Below, piece after piece: positions 54,126 to 63,895 of a stretch of DNA of 64,000 bases (position 1 is its first letter; each line of letters begins with the position of its first letter). Source of the stretch: Patescibacteria group bacterium (lineage in GTDB: Bacteria > Patescibacteriota > Minisyncoccia > Phycocordibacterales > WO2-35-19); the NCBI GenBank assembly GCA_038065655.1, contig JBBTQO010000009.1, positions 218 through 64,217 of the forward strand, read 5' to 3'. The translations under genes and the position numbers were made by a program. The notes below the pieces were generated by a model. That model did not search any database and was not told the origin of the DNA. It worked only from the letters and a program-made list of their open reading frames with translations.

Positions 54126-54473
54126 ATGAATACAAAAACAAAAACAGAACAAAGAGACAGAAGAAGAAAGCGCATCAGAGCTAAGATTTTTGGTACTGGT
54201 GATAAACCAAGATTTTCAATTTTCAGGTCAAATAAATATATTTCTGCTCAGCTGATTGATGATTCAAATGGAATAACTTTGGCATCAGCTACAAGTAAAG
54301 ATATAAAGGGTAAGAACGTGGTCGAGAAAGCTAAAGCGGTAGGTGCTTCTATCGCCGAACAAGCTAAGACCCAAAAAATAAGCGTGGCGGTTTTTGATAG
54401 AGGAGGTTACCTTTATACTGGCTCGGTTTCTGCCATAGCCCAAGGAGCAAGAGAAGCTGGTCTTAAATTTTAA
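54126..54473 (+). CDS. rplR: 50S ribosomal protein L18
   Basis: ...RFSIFRSNKYISAQLIDDSNGITLASAT.... Confidence 0.85.
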   Translation: MNTKTKTEQRDRRRKRIRAKIFGTGDKPRFSIFRSNKYISAQLIDDSNGITLASATSKDIKGKNVVEKAKAVGASIAEQAKTQKISVAVFDRGGYLYTGSVSAIAQGAREAGLKF

Positions 54474-54490
54474 TTTAAAAATATTTAATT

Positions 54491-55147
54491 ATGCCAAAAG
54501 AAGAAGAAAAAATAATAGAAGAAGAACTTGTCCCGCAAAGCGATAGCGAAGTGGGGGAGACAACTGAAGAGATAGCTATTCCTGTTGTGGCTGAAAAGGA
54601 GGTTTTACCTGCTGATAATTTTAATGCAAATAATAGAGACAACCGAGACAGAAGAAAAAATGAACGTCGACCATCTCGCAGACCAGAGAGAGTCAGACAA
54701 GAATTTGATAATAAAGTTATCAGTGTCAGAAGAGTGACTCGAGTGGTTTCCGGAGGACGCCGATTTAGTTTCAGTATTGCTATGGTGATTGGTGACAGAA
54801 AAGGGAGAGTCGGAGTTGGCATCGGCAAAGCCAGTGATACTCCAGTGGCTATAGACAAAGCAATGCGGGCGGCTAAGAAAAATATCGTCAAAATTTCTTT
54901 GACTAATAAAAATTCTATTGCTCACCCAGTAGAGGCAAAATATTCTAGCATCAGGATTTCTCTGATGCCGGCTCCGGGCAAAGGAGTGATCGCCGGAAGC
55001 GCAGTGAGAGTAGTCTTGGAGTTAGCTGGTATAACTGAAGTTTCTTCTAAAATTCTTTCCAGATCAAAAAATAAATTAAATATTGCCAGAGCGACCATCA
55101 AGGCATTGGGGCAATTAAAAGAAAAAAAGATTAAAATTAAGGAATAA
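54491..55147 (+). CDS. rpsE: 30S ribosomal protein S5 (with N-terminal charged extension)
   Basis: ...VISVRRVTRVVSGGRRFSFSIAMVIGDRKGRVGVGIGKA.... Confidence 0.9.
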   Translation: MPKEEEKIIEEELVPQSDSEVGETTEEIAIPVVAEKEVLPADNFNANNRDNRDRRKNERRPSRRPERVRQEFDNKVISVRRVTRVVSGGRRFSFSIAMVIGDRKGRVGVGIGKASDTPVAIDKAMRAAKKNIVKISLTNKNSIAHPVEAKYSSIRISLMPAPGKGVIAGSAVRVVLELAGITEVSSKILSRSKNKLNIARATIKALGQLKEKKIKIKE

Positions 55148-55164
55148 ATTTTACCCCAATAATC

Positions 55165-55584
55165 ATGCAATTTCATAATTTAAAAAAGAATAAAACAAAC
55201 CGGAAGGCCAAACAAGTTGGTCGTGGCGGTACTCGTGGTAAGACTTCTGGTAGAGGCACTAAAGGTCAAAATGCTAGAGCTGGTAGAAAGAAAAGACCAG
55301 AAATGCGAGACATTATAAAAAGATTGCCCAAACTCAGAGGTAGAGGCAAAAATTCTCTCAAGACTAGATTTGAAGATATTTTTATCGTAAAGCTCTCCGT
55401 TTTGGAAGATAAATTTGGAACTGGGGAAAAAGTTAATCCTAAAGTTTTACTGGAAAAAGGTATTATAAAGACCAGAAATGGTAAAATCCCGGTAGTGAAG
55501 ATTTTGGCGGACAAGGAGATAAAGAAATCTTTTGTCTTTGAAAATGTTAAAATGTCAGAGAAGGTTAAGAAGTTGAACGGATAA
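55165..55584 (+). CDS. rplO: 50S ribosomal protein L15
   Basis: MQFHNLKKNKTNRKAKQVGRGGTRGKTSGRGTKGQNARAG.... It directly follows rpsE; no L30 gene lies between them. Confidence 0.9.
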   Translation: MQFHNLKKNKTNRKAKQVGRGGTRGKTSGRGTKGQNARAGRKKRPEMRDIIKRLPKLRGRGKNSLKTRFEDIFIVKLSVLEDKFGTGEKVNPKVLLEKGIIKTRNGKIPVVKILADKEIKKSFVFENVKMSEKVKKLNG

Positions 55585-55592
55585 AAGAATAA

Positions 55593-56864
55593 ATGAATAA
55601 TTTTATTCACAAATTCAAATTGGTATTAGGGGACAAGATATTGAGAGGTAGAATCTTGTTTACGCTTTTTATTTTGGTCTTATTTCGCTTGATGGCCACT
55701 ATTCCGATTCCGGGTATTGATACTTTAAGATTAGAGCAATTTATTTCTGGTAACGATTTCTTTGGTCTACTCAACATATTTTCTGGAGGTGGTCTTTCCA
55801 ACCTTTCAATTATTATGCTTGGGGTTTCTCCTTATATCACCGCTTCTATTATTATGCAGCTTATGACAGTGATGTTCCCAAAATTGAAAGCTATGTATCA
55901 AGAAGAGGGGGACGCCGGCAGAAAAAAGTTTTCTCAATATTCAAGATTACTGACAGTGCCGCTCGCTTTTATGCAGGGGTATGCTTTTATTATTTTACTT
56001 CAAAATCAAGGTATATTAGCAAAGTTAGCCACCTTTGATTTAGTAACCAATCTTATTGTGATTAGTGTCGGCTCTCTGTTGCTTATGTGGTTGGGTGAGC
56101 TTATAAGTGAATTTGGTATCGGCAACGGTGTTTCTCTTATAATCTTTGCCGGTATCGTTTCAGTTTTACCGGGGGCAATGGGCAAACTTTTGTTTGCTTT
56201 TGACCCATCTCAACTTCCTGCTTATGTTGGTTTTATCGCGGCAGCACTGGTGGTTATTTGGGGCGTGGTGGTTATTACTGAAGCCGAAAGACCAATCCCG
56301 GTAACTTATGCTAAACAAGTGAGAGGCAACAAAGTGTATGGGGGTGTTTCTACTTATTTACCGCTTAGAGTCAACCAGGCCGGAGTAATCCCAATTATCT
56401 TCGCCCTTTCTATATTACTTTTCCCTCAAATGATTGTTCGTTTCTTGGTTAATGTTAATAATGTGATTGTTCAGAAAATTTCAGCTTTCTTCCTTTCAAT
56501 CCTATCAAACCAGTTGTTTTACGGTATTGCTTATTTCTTACTAGTATTTATTTTTACTTACTTTTACACTGCTATTACTTTTGATCCAGATTCAATTTCA
56601 AAAAATTTGCAAAGAAGCGGGGCTTTCATTCCAGGAGTTCGTCCAGGCGTTTCCACATCTGCTTATATCGCCAAAACTCTTTTCCGTTTGACTATGGTTG
56701 GTGCGCTTTTCCTTGGTGTTATAGCTGTTTTGCCTCTAGTAGTAAAATATTTTACAGGTATTAGCGCGGTGGCTATCGGTGGCACCAGCCTTCTCATCGT
56801 AGTCTCGGTGGTCATTGACCTCATCAAAAAAGTGGACGCTCAAATTTCTGCGAGGGAATATTAA
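55593..56864 (+). CDS. secY: preprotein translocase subunit SecY
   Basis: 423 aa, 10-TM SecY pattern. Confidence 0.9.
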   Translation: MNNFIHKFKLVLGDKILRGRILFTLFILVLFRLMATIPIPGIDTLRLEQFISGNDFFGLLNIFSGGGLSNLSIIMLGVSPYITASIIMQLMTVMFPKLKAMYQEEGDAGRKKFSQYSRLLTVPLAFMQGYAFIILLQNQGILAKLATFDLVTNLIVISVGSLLLMWLGELISEFGIGNGVSLIIFAGIVSVLPGAMGKLLFAFDPSQLPAYVGFIAAALVVIWGVVVITEAERPIPVTYAKQVRGNKVYGGVSTYLPLRVNQAGVIPIIFALSILLFPQMIVRFLVNVNNVIVQKISAFFLSILSNQLFYGIAYFLLVFIFTYFYTAITFDPDSISKNLQRSGAFIPGVRPGVSTSAYIAKTLFRLTMVGALFLGVIAVLPLVVKYFTGISAVAIGGTSLLIVVSVVIDLIKKVDAQISAREY

Positions 56865-56876
56865 TCTCATTCTTCA

Positions 56877-56929
56877 TTTCCCAGAAGATGACCTTTGAAT
56901 ATCCTGCCCCAAAAGGTCATCTTCAAATT
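56877..56929 (+). terminator. Family-B post-stop hairpin (after secY)
   Basis: tttcccaGAAGATGACCTTTgaatatcctgccccaAAAGGTCATCTTCaaatt. Confidence 0.6.
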
Positions 56930-56990
56930 TTCCGACCCCACCCCATCCGACTTGCGCCGGATTGCCCCTCACCTTGCGAAGGTGAGGGAA
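56930..56990 (+). repeat. Family-C double-hairpin element
   Basis: ttccgaccccacccca-tccgacttgcgccggat-tgcccctcaccttgcgaaggtgagggaag. Confidence 0.55.
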
Positions 56991-57021
56991 GAAATAAAAA
57001 TATGTTGGAAAATAACCCTTT

Positions 57022-57369
57022 TTAAACGAGTTGGATTTGTTTGCCGAGAGCTGTGGCTATTTTGTAGATAGTGCTATAAGAAAACCCGTGTCTCGTGTTT
57101 TCAACGCGAGCAATCATAGACTGGGTCATACTTGCTCTTTTGGCTAGGGTTTTTTGAGACATTTTTTTCTTGAGACGAGCTTCTCTTATTTGCTTTTTTA
57201 TTCTCATTTCTGCTAATTCTGTATTGTAAGCATCCCTGAAAGCTTTTGATTTCATACTTTTTTCAAAAACTTCATCAAATGTATAAAATTTGTGTCCTTT
57301 TATTATTAATTTGTAATATTTTTCTGCATAATCTATTTCTTGTAATGGTGTTTTGTTACTTTTCTTCAA
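57022..57369 (-). CDS. XRE-family HTH protein
   Basis: C-terminal MSQKTLAKRASMTQSMIARVENTRHGFSYSTIYKIATALG HTH. Inserted between secY and adk on the opposite strand. Confidence 0.6.
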   Translation of the reverse strand: MKKSNKTPLQEIDYAEKYYKLIIKGHKFYTFDEVFEKSMKSKAFRDAYNTELAEMRIKKQIREARLKKKMSQKTLAKRASMTQSMIARVENTRHGFSYSTIYKIATALGKQIQLV

Positions 57370-57580
57370 GAATACGTTTGCAAAATAAATTGTATTTTTA
57401 TAAATGAAAAATATAAAAAGGAGTTTATAAAATCATTAACTTTTGTTACAAAAGTTGTGCCCAGCGGGTAACTCATAAATCCAAGTATAGCAAAATTGCT
57501 ATATTGATGTCAAGCGGTTTACTTATTCTTACTTTTCCTTTATTCTATATTCATTATTCTTACTTCATAATTCATATCTC

Positions 57581-58171
57581 ATGACACCACAAACATTTAT
57601 ATTTTTTGGGCCATCTGGCTCAGGCAAGGGAAAACAGGCTAAGCTTTTACAGGATGAAATTAAAAAAAGAGACCCTGAAAGGAATATTCTTTATATTGAA
57701 ACTGGTCAAAAGTTTAGAGAATTAGCTGAAAGCGATTCTTATACTGCTAAAAAAATTAAAGAGGTTATTCAAAATGGAGGATTACTCCCCGAATTTTTAT
57801 CAATCTGGGTTTGGACCGGTTTGATGATGGAAAATATAAAAGGTGATGAGCATATTTTTATGGATGGACTTTCCAGACAACCTAAAGAAGCGCCAGTATT
57901 GGACTCGGCTATTAAATTTTATGAAAGGAAAAATCCAACCGTTGTTTCAATAAAGGTTTCAGATGAATGGGCTACTAAATTATTAAAAGGCAGGGGCCGG
58001 AGCGATGATAATGATGAAGAAATAAAAAAGAGGCTTGATTGGTACAAAAAAAAAGTGGTACCTGCCATGGAATATTTTAAAAAAGATCCTTACTACAAAT
58101 TTATTTCCATAGACGGCGAGCACACCATCCCTGAAGTTCATCAAGAAATAATGCAGAAAGTGGGCCTATGA
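57581..58171 (+). CDS. adk: adenylate kinase
   Basis: FFGPSGSGKGKQAKLL, LID-like GRGRSDDNDEEIKKRL. Confidence 0.8.
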   Translation: MTPQTFIFFGPSGSGKGKQAKLLQDEIKKRDPERNILYIETGQKFRELAESDSYTAKKIKEVIQNGGLLPEFLSIWVWTGLMMENIKGDEHIFMDGLSRQPKEAPVLDSAIKFYERKNPTVVSIKVSDEWATKLLKGRGRSDDNDEEIKKRLDWYKKKVVPAMEYFKKDPYYKFISIDGEHTIPEVHQEIMQKVGL

Positions 58172-58941
58172 TTAAATACAAAACAGAAGAAGAGATAGCT
58201 ATTATGCGAGAAGGAGGTAAGATTCACGCTCGGATTTTGAAAGAGGTGGCTAAAAAAGTGAAGCCGGGAATAAAAACCAATGAACTCAATACTTACGCCG
58301 AACAGTTAATTGATGAAGCTGGATGTGTGGCTTCTTTTTTAGGTTATCAACCTCAAGACGTAAAAAGGCCTTACCCAGCCGCCCTTTGTGTTTCAATAAA
58401 TGAAGAGATAGTGCACGGCATACCAAACGACGGCAATGAAAGAATTTTATTTGAGGGTGATGTTGTTACCTTAGATTTGGGTTTAACTTATAATAATTTT
58501 ATAACCGATGCCGCTATCACTGTGCCAGTGGGTAAAATAAGCAAAGAAGCCCAGACTCTTATCCAAGCGACCAAAGAAGCTCTAGATCGGGCAATCACGG
58601 CTATGCGTTTACACGGCCATATAGGTGATATAGGCGATGCTATAATGCAGGTAGCCAAGAAACACGGCCTCGGTATTATAGAAGGCTTGTCAGGTCATGG
58701 GGTTGGTTATAGCGTGCATGAGGAGCCATTTGTGCCCAATAAGGCGAAAAGAGGAGAAGGTCCAGAGCTTCGTGAAGGATTGGTTATAGCTATAGAACCC
58801 ATGTTTTCTCTTGGTAGTCGGGATATAAAAAGATTAAATGACGGCTATACTTACATCACTCGCGACAAATCACTTTCAGCCCATTTTGAACATACGGTGG
58901 CAATGGGATATAATGGTAAAGTTGAAATTTTAACAAAATAA
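58168..58941 (+). CDS. map: type I methionine aminopeptidase
   Basis: Pita-bread fold motifs (HGIP, D..L.L....DAA.T, GHGVG, E.HEEP...IAIEPM). Confidence 0.9.
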   Translation: MIKYKTEEEIAIMREGGKIHARILKEVAKKVKPGIKTNELNTYAEQLIDEAGCVASFLGYQPQDVKRPYPAALCVSINEEIVHGIPNDGNERILFEGDVVTLDLGLTYNNFITDAAITVPVGKISKEAQTLIQATKEALDRAITAMRLHGHIGDIGDAIMQVAKKHGLGIIEGLSGHGVGYSVHEEPFVPNKAKRGEGPELREGLVIAIEPMFSLGSRDIKRLNDGYTYITRDKSLSAHFEHTVAMGYNGKVEILTK

Positions 58942-59084
58942 TTATTAATTAATTTTAGTTCATCAAAACAAAATAGCTTCTTTCGCTCGATACAGAAATT
59001 TTTTGCTAAAAATTTCTTTGTCCTCACCTTTTCACAGGTTCCGGAATCTCGCTTAAGAACTATTTTGTTTTAATTCAAAAGAAT

Positions 59085-59690
59085 ATGTCACATCCAAAAC
59101 AAGAAAGAACTTTAGTAATCATTAAACCAGATGGAGTGCAGAGGACACTCATTGGTGAAATTATAAAAAGATTGGAAAGACCTGGGCTAAAGTTGGTAGC
59201 AATGAAAATGTGTCTGCCGACCGCTGAACATGTGGAAAAACATTACACACTGGACCCAGAATGGCGTCGTATTACTGGTGAAAAAAGAGTCAAAGCGGCT
59301 AAAGAAAAAGGTGAAAAATTGCCAACTGAAGACCCTTTTGAAATCACCGCTAAAATTTTGGAAGTTTTAATAAAATATATAACTTCGGGTCCCGTGGTCG
59401 CTATGGTTTGGCAGGGAGCGCATTCAACTGAGTTGGTTAGAAAAATTGTTGGTGGCACAGAGCCCAGAAGTTCCGATGTGGGCACTATCAGGGGGGATTA
59501 TGTTTTGGATTCTTATGTTATGGCTGATACTGACGGCCGAGCGGTGAGAAATCTGATTCACGCTTCCAGCACTGCTAAAGAATCTGAAGCCGAAATAAAT
59601 CATTGGTTTAAAAAAAATGAAATCCTGGACTACAAACTTGTTCAAGAACAAATTTTGTATGATGTAAATATGGATGGAATTTTGGAATAA
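59085..59690 (+). CDS. ndk: nucleoside diphosphate kinase (with insertions)
   Basis: ERTLVIIKPDGVQR...NLIHASS (active-site His). Confidence 0.8.
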   Translation: MSHPKQERTLVIIKPDGVQRTLIGEIIKRLERPGLKLVAMKMCLPTAEHVEKHYTLDPEWRRITGEKRVKAAKEKGEKLPTEDPFEITAKILEVLIKYITSGPVVAMVWQGAHSTELVRKIVGGTEPRSSDVGTIRGDYVLDSYVMADTDGRAVRNLIHASSTAKESEAEINHWFKKNEILDYKLVQEQILYDVNMDGILE

Positions 59691-60107
59691 ATTTTCAAAC
59701 ATGTTTTTTCTTAAAAGAAAAATTGTTGTAGTAACTCATAGCGGGTCATTTCATGCCGATGATGTTTTCGCTTGTGCCACGATTTCACTTTGGGCAGAGA
59801 AAAATAATTTAAGACTAAAAATAATTAGAGATAGGGATGAAAAAATTATAAAATTAAATTAGTTGTTTATTTACATAAAAATGGTAAAAATTGGTGTGTC
59901 CAAACCGGAAGAGATGATTTGGAAGATTATGATTCGGATCGAGCAAATATGCCAAAAACATGGTGGGGACTTAAGGAAAACGAATTAGTAAATATTTCTG
60001 GTGTTAAGGATGCTTCTTTTTGCATTAATAATGGTGGCTGGTTCGGTACTGCTAAAAGCAAAGAAGGTGCGATAGAAATGGCCGAAAAAGCAGAAATAAA
60101 TAGCTAA
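59674..60107 (+). pseudogene. MYG1/UPF0160-family hydrolase remnant (N- and C-terminal pieces; middle missing)
   Basis: N-terminal piece VVTHSGSFHADDVFACATISL stops at 59862. The C-terminal piece ...DASFCINNGGWFGTAKSKEGAIEMAEKA is readable in another frame up to 60107. About 200 codons of a normal MYG1 are absent. Confidence 0.5.
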
Positions 60108-60352
60108 AATTTGGATATTTATGGACGGATACATGGACTTTAAAATAAGTGCGAATTAGATTATAATTACTACAGGGTTACTTGGATATTTTCTAACTTG
60201 CAAATATTCAGGGAGGCTAACTTTCCCCGCACCAAATTTTGGTGCGGGGTCGAGGCCACCCACCTAATTTTTTTCAATTAGGGAATTATCCCAGGTAGCC
60301 CTACATAGAAATCCCAGCGGAAGCGAGGGATTTTTATGTTATTATTATTTTT

Positions 60353-60760
60353 ATGTTAAAGAAACCACTTTTTATAGAAGCTTTCATTCTTTTGGCGATT
60401 GTCGGGGTGTTGGATAGGATAGCCAACATATATCATTTGTATTGGTCCGTTAATGAGTTTGATAGCTTAGTTCATTTTTTGGGCGGAGCAGCATTGGCAG
60501 CTTTTTTCCTTTGGCTTTACTTTTCTTCTGGTTATTTTAATCCCGCCAAAAGAGATTTGAAAAAATTTTTGTTGGTTTCAATTTTTGGCGCAATGTTCGT
60601 GGCGGTTTCTTGGGAAATTTATGAACTTTTTTTGGGAGAGGCGGTGGTGAATAAAGCTGAATATCCTTTTGACACGATGCTAGATTTAATAATGGATTTT
60701 TTGGGTGCGGTGGCGATATGTTTTTATGGATACTTAAAGGAACACAATGCAAAATCCTAA
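60353..60760 (+). CDS. hypothetical 4-TM membrane protein
   Basis: 135 aa, hydrophobic. Confidence 0.4.
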   Translation: MLKKPLFIEAFILLAIVGVLDRIANIYHLYWSVNEFDSLVHFLGGAALAAFFLWLYFSSGYFNPAKRDLKKFLLVSIFGAMFVAVSWEIYELFLGEAVVNKAEYPFDTMLDLIMDFLGAVAICFYGYLKEHNAKS

Positions 60761-62186
60761 ACTTATATTTTATGGGGGAGTTGGCACAACAACTGGAGCT
60801 AATATAATGCTTCAGTTTAATGATAAGAAAATTTTAGTTGATTGCGGACTTTTGCAAGGCGCTAAATTTGCCGAGGATAAAAATTTTGAACCTTTTAAAT
60901 ATAATCCTGCCGAGGTTGATTTTCTTTTGATTACGCACGCTCATATGGATCATATCGGCAAAATGCCAAAGTTAGTGAGAGATGGGTTTAAAGGCAAAAT
61001 ATTTTCTACTCTTGAAACAATGGAGCTTGCCTCGCCAATGCTGAGGGATGCTTTAAAAGTAATGCAGATAAAACACAAAGGGAGGGTGCTTTTTGAGGAA
61101 AATGATATCCAAAATACTTTAGCCCTTTGGCAAGGTAAAAAATATGGAGAGAGAATGGAGCTTTTCGAAAATTGCAGTTTGATTATGCAAGATGCTGGAC
61201 ATATTTTGGGTTCAGCTATTATAAATGTTTCTTGTGGGGCAGGGGAAGAAAAAAGAATGATAGCTTTTACGGGAGACTTGGGCAATTCTCCGTCACCACT
61301 TTTGCCAGATACCGAGTCCCCAAAAGGGGTTGATTATATTGTGATGGAAAGTGTTTATGGCAATAGAAATCATGAAAGCAAAGAGGAAAGAAGAAAAAAA
61401 TTAAAAGAAGTGATTTTAAACGGTATAAAAAAAGGTGGCACTATGGTCATACCGGCCTTTTCCATTGAAAGAACTCAGGTCCTGCTTTATGAAATAAATA
61501 ATATGATTGAGGATAAGGAAATCCCGCAGATTCCGGTTTTTGTAGACTCTCCTTTGGCTCTAAAAGTGACCGATATTTATAAAAAATATCAAAAAGATTT
61601 TAAGGCATCGATTCAGCAAGAAATAAAAAGTGGAGATGATATTTTTGATTTTCCGGGGTTGCATATTGTGGGAAGAGCTTCAGAATCAGCAGAAATAGAA
61701 AAAATAGCAGGGGCCAAAATAATATTGGCCGGTTCAGGTATGTCTGAAGGGGGACGGGTGGTCAGTCACGAAGCTCGTTTTTTGCCAGATCCAAACGCCA
61801 CTATTATTTTGGTTGGCTATCAATCAGTAGGCTCTTTGGGCAGAGCAATTGCCGATGGAGTTAAAGAAGTTTTTATTGATACGGATGGTAATGCTAAAAA
61901 TGGTAAAGAGAAAGTAAAAGTACGGGCGACAATAGAAAATATTACCGGCTATTCTTCGCATAAAGATTCTGAGCATTTGTTGGAGTTTGTCGAGAAAGTT
62001 AATGAAAATAACGCCCCCCAGCCCCCTCTTATATTAAGAGGGGGAGAGGAAAAAAAAGGATTGAAGAGGGTTTTTGTCATAATGGGCGAACCAAAGTCCT
62101 CCCTTTTCCTCACCCAACGCATCCGCGATTATTTAGATGTAGATGCGGTTTATCCGGAGGAGGGGAAGGAGTATGATTTAAATTAG
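60747..62186 (+). CDS. beta-CASP family MBL-fold ribonuclease (RNase J / CPSF-like)
   Basis: ITHAHMDHIGKMP (HxHxDH). beta-CASP motifs. C-terminal RNA-metabolising domain. Confidence 0.7.
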   Translation: MQNPKLIFYGGVGTTTGANIMLQFNDKKILVDCGLLQGAKFAEDKNFEPFKYNPAEVDFLLITHAHMDHIGKMPKLVRDGFKGKIFSTLETMELASPMLRDALKVMQIKHKGRVLFEENDIQNTLALWQGKKYGERMELFENCSLIMQDAGHILGSAIINVSCGAGEEKRMIAFTGDLGNSPSPLLPDTESPKGVDYIVMESVYGNRNHESKEERRKKLKEVILNGIKKGGTMVIPAFSIERTQVLLYEINNMIEDKEIPQIPVFVDSPLALKVTDIYKKYQKDFKASIQQEIKSGDDIFDFPGLHIVGRASESAEIEKIAGAKIILAGSGMSEGGRVVSHEARFLPDPNATIILVGYQSVGSLGRAIADGVKEVFIDTDGNAKNGKEKVKVRATIENITGYSSHKDSEHLLEFVEKVNENNAPQPPLILRGGEEKKGLKRVFVIMGEPKSSLFLTQRIRDYLDVDAVYPEEGKEYDLN

Positions 62187-62189
62187 TTT

Positions 62190-63719
62190 TTATCTAGCAA
62201 ACTCTATAGTTCTTGATTCTCTTATCACAACCACGCGGATTTCACCTGGATATTTTAGTTCGTTTTCGATGCGAACAGCAATGTCACGAGCAATATTTTT
62301 AGCTTCTAAATCATTGACTTGAGATGGGGTAACAAATATACGAAGTTCTCTCCCTGCTTGTAGAGCATAAGCTTTTTCTACACCGCTAACGGAAATGGCA
62401 ATGGCCTCAAGTTCACCGAGACGCTTCAAATAATTTTCCACACTGTCTCTTCTGGCTCCCGGCCTTGCACCGGAGATAGCGTCAGCTGATTGAACGATGT
62501 AAGACTCTAAAGTGGAATATGGATATTCGCCGTGATGAGACTCCATAGCTCTGATTATTTTTTCATCCGCGCCAAATTTTTGTAAAATGCGACGACCGAT
62601 ATCAACATGAGTACCAGCAATTTCATGGTCTACCGCTTTGCCTATGTCGTGAAGGAGGGCTCCGGCTTTGGCGATGGCGACATTGGCGCCTATCTCGGTG
62701 GCGAGCATCCCGGCAATGTGAGACATTTCAATTGAATGTTGCAAAACATTTTGACCATAAGAGGTTCGGAAATGTAACCTGCCTAAGATGGAAATAATTC
62801 TTGGGTCAAGATTAAAAACGCCACATTCGTAAGCGGCCGCTTCACCCTTTTCTTTGATTATTTTATTTATTTCTTGTTTGGCTTTTTCCACCATTTCCTC
62901 AATTTTGGCCGGCTGAATACGGCCATCCTGGATGAGGTTTTCTAAAGCAACTCTAGCTACTTGGCGGCGAACCGAATCGTAGGAAGAGATGGTAATAAGG
63001 CCGGGGGTATCATCAACTATAATTTCCACACCAGAAACTCTTTCAAAAGCCTTAATATTTCTGCCTTCTTTACCAATAATTTTACCTTTTATTTCATCTG
63101 AAGGAATAGCCACGGAAGTAGAAAAGACTTCTGAAGAAACCGAATTAGCCAATCTTTGAATTGAAGTGGTTAATATTTCCTTGGCCTTTGCTTCTATCTT
63201 TTCAGCACCGCCATTTTCCAATTTTTGCAGTCTGATTGTGATATCCTCTTCAGATTTTTTCTCAATTTCCTTGATTAAGGATTCTTTGGCTTCTTCCTCC
63301 GTCATTTTTGACACTTTTTGAAGTTCTTCGTATCTTTGTTTTTCTAATGTTTCCGCTTTTTCTCTGATAGACTTTATTTCAGAGACTCTTTCTTTCACTT
63401 GTTCGATTTCTTTATCTATATCGAGTTGTCTTTTATCCAAAAATTCCTCTTTTTTAATGAGGCGATCTTCGGTTTTTTGAACTTTTTCTTCTCTTTCTTT
63501 GTACTCCTCTCTTTTTTCTTTGGCAGTTTCCTCCGCTTTAATTGTAGCCTCTTCAACAATTTTTTTGGCTTCTTCTCTGGCATGGAGCTCCATTTGCTTG
63601 ATGCGAAGTTCTACCGAACCGCGCTGTCCCAATGAAATAATCCATCGCAAGAAATAACCAAAACCGACACCAACTAGAGCTGCTAGGCCCGCCAGTAGCA
63701 CTGCTAATTTTAATGACAT
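62190..63719 (-). CDS. rny: ribonuclease Y
   Basis: N-terminal TM. Long coiled coil. KH (GKIIGKEGRNIKAFERVSGVEIIVDD). HD domain (HSIEMSHIAGMLA...LLHDIGKA). Confidence 0.9.
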   Translation of the reverse strand: MSLKLAVLLAGLAALVGVGFGYFLRWIISLGQRGSVELRIKQMELHAREEAKKIVEEATIKAEETAKEKREEYKEREEKVQKTEDRLIKKEEFLDKRQLDIDKEIEQVKERVSEIKSIREKAETLEKQRYEELQKVSKMTEEEAKESLIKEIEKKSEEDITIRLQKLENGGAEKIEAKAKEILTTSIQRLANSVSSEVFSTSVAIPSDEIKGKIIGKEGRNIKAFERVSGVEIIVDDTPGLITISSYDSVRRQVARVALENLIQDGRIQPAKIEEMVEKAKQEINKIIKEKGEAAAYECGVFNLDPRIISILGRLHFRTSYGQNVLQHSIEMSHIAGMLATEIGANVAIAKAGALLHDIGKAVDHEIAGTHVDIGRRILQKFGADEKIIRAMESHHGEYPYSTLESYIVQSADAISGARPGARRDSVENYLKRLGELEAIAISVSGVEKAYALQAGRELRIFVTPSQVNDLEAKNIARDIAVRIENELKYPGEIRVVVIRESRTIEFAR

Positions 63720-63895
63720 ATATTTTGCTGTAATTCCGCTTTAATTTAAAGCGGCGAGAGATTTATGCTTGATTTTGTTGGAAAACAAAGACATTTTGGT
63801 TTTTGTAACTAATCCATCACCGATTATCTAACGAAATTACTATAATTTAATGTTAATGCCAGTATTATACAAAATTCAGCTCAAATATGCAAATT

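Noticed and set aside
60200-60350. GC hairpins upstream of 60353 (ccccgcaccaaaattttggtgcgggg) checked as a tRNA
   Set aside because: It is a simple perfect palindrome with no cloverleaf, so it is probably a terminator.
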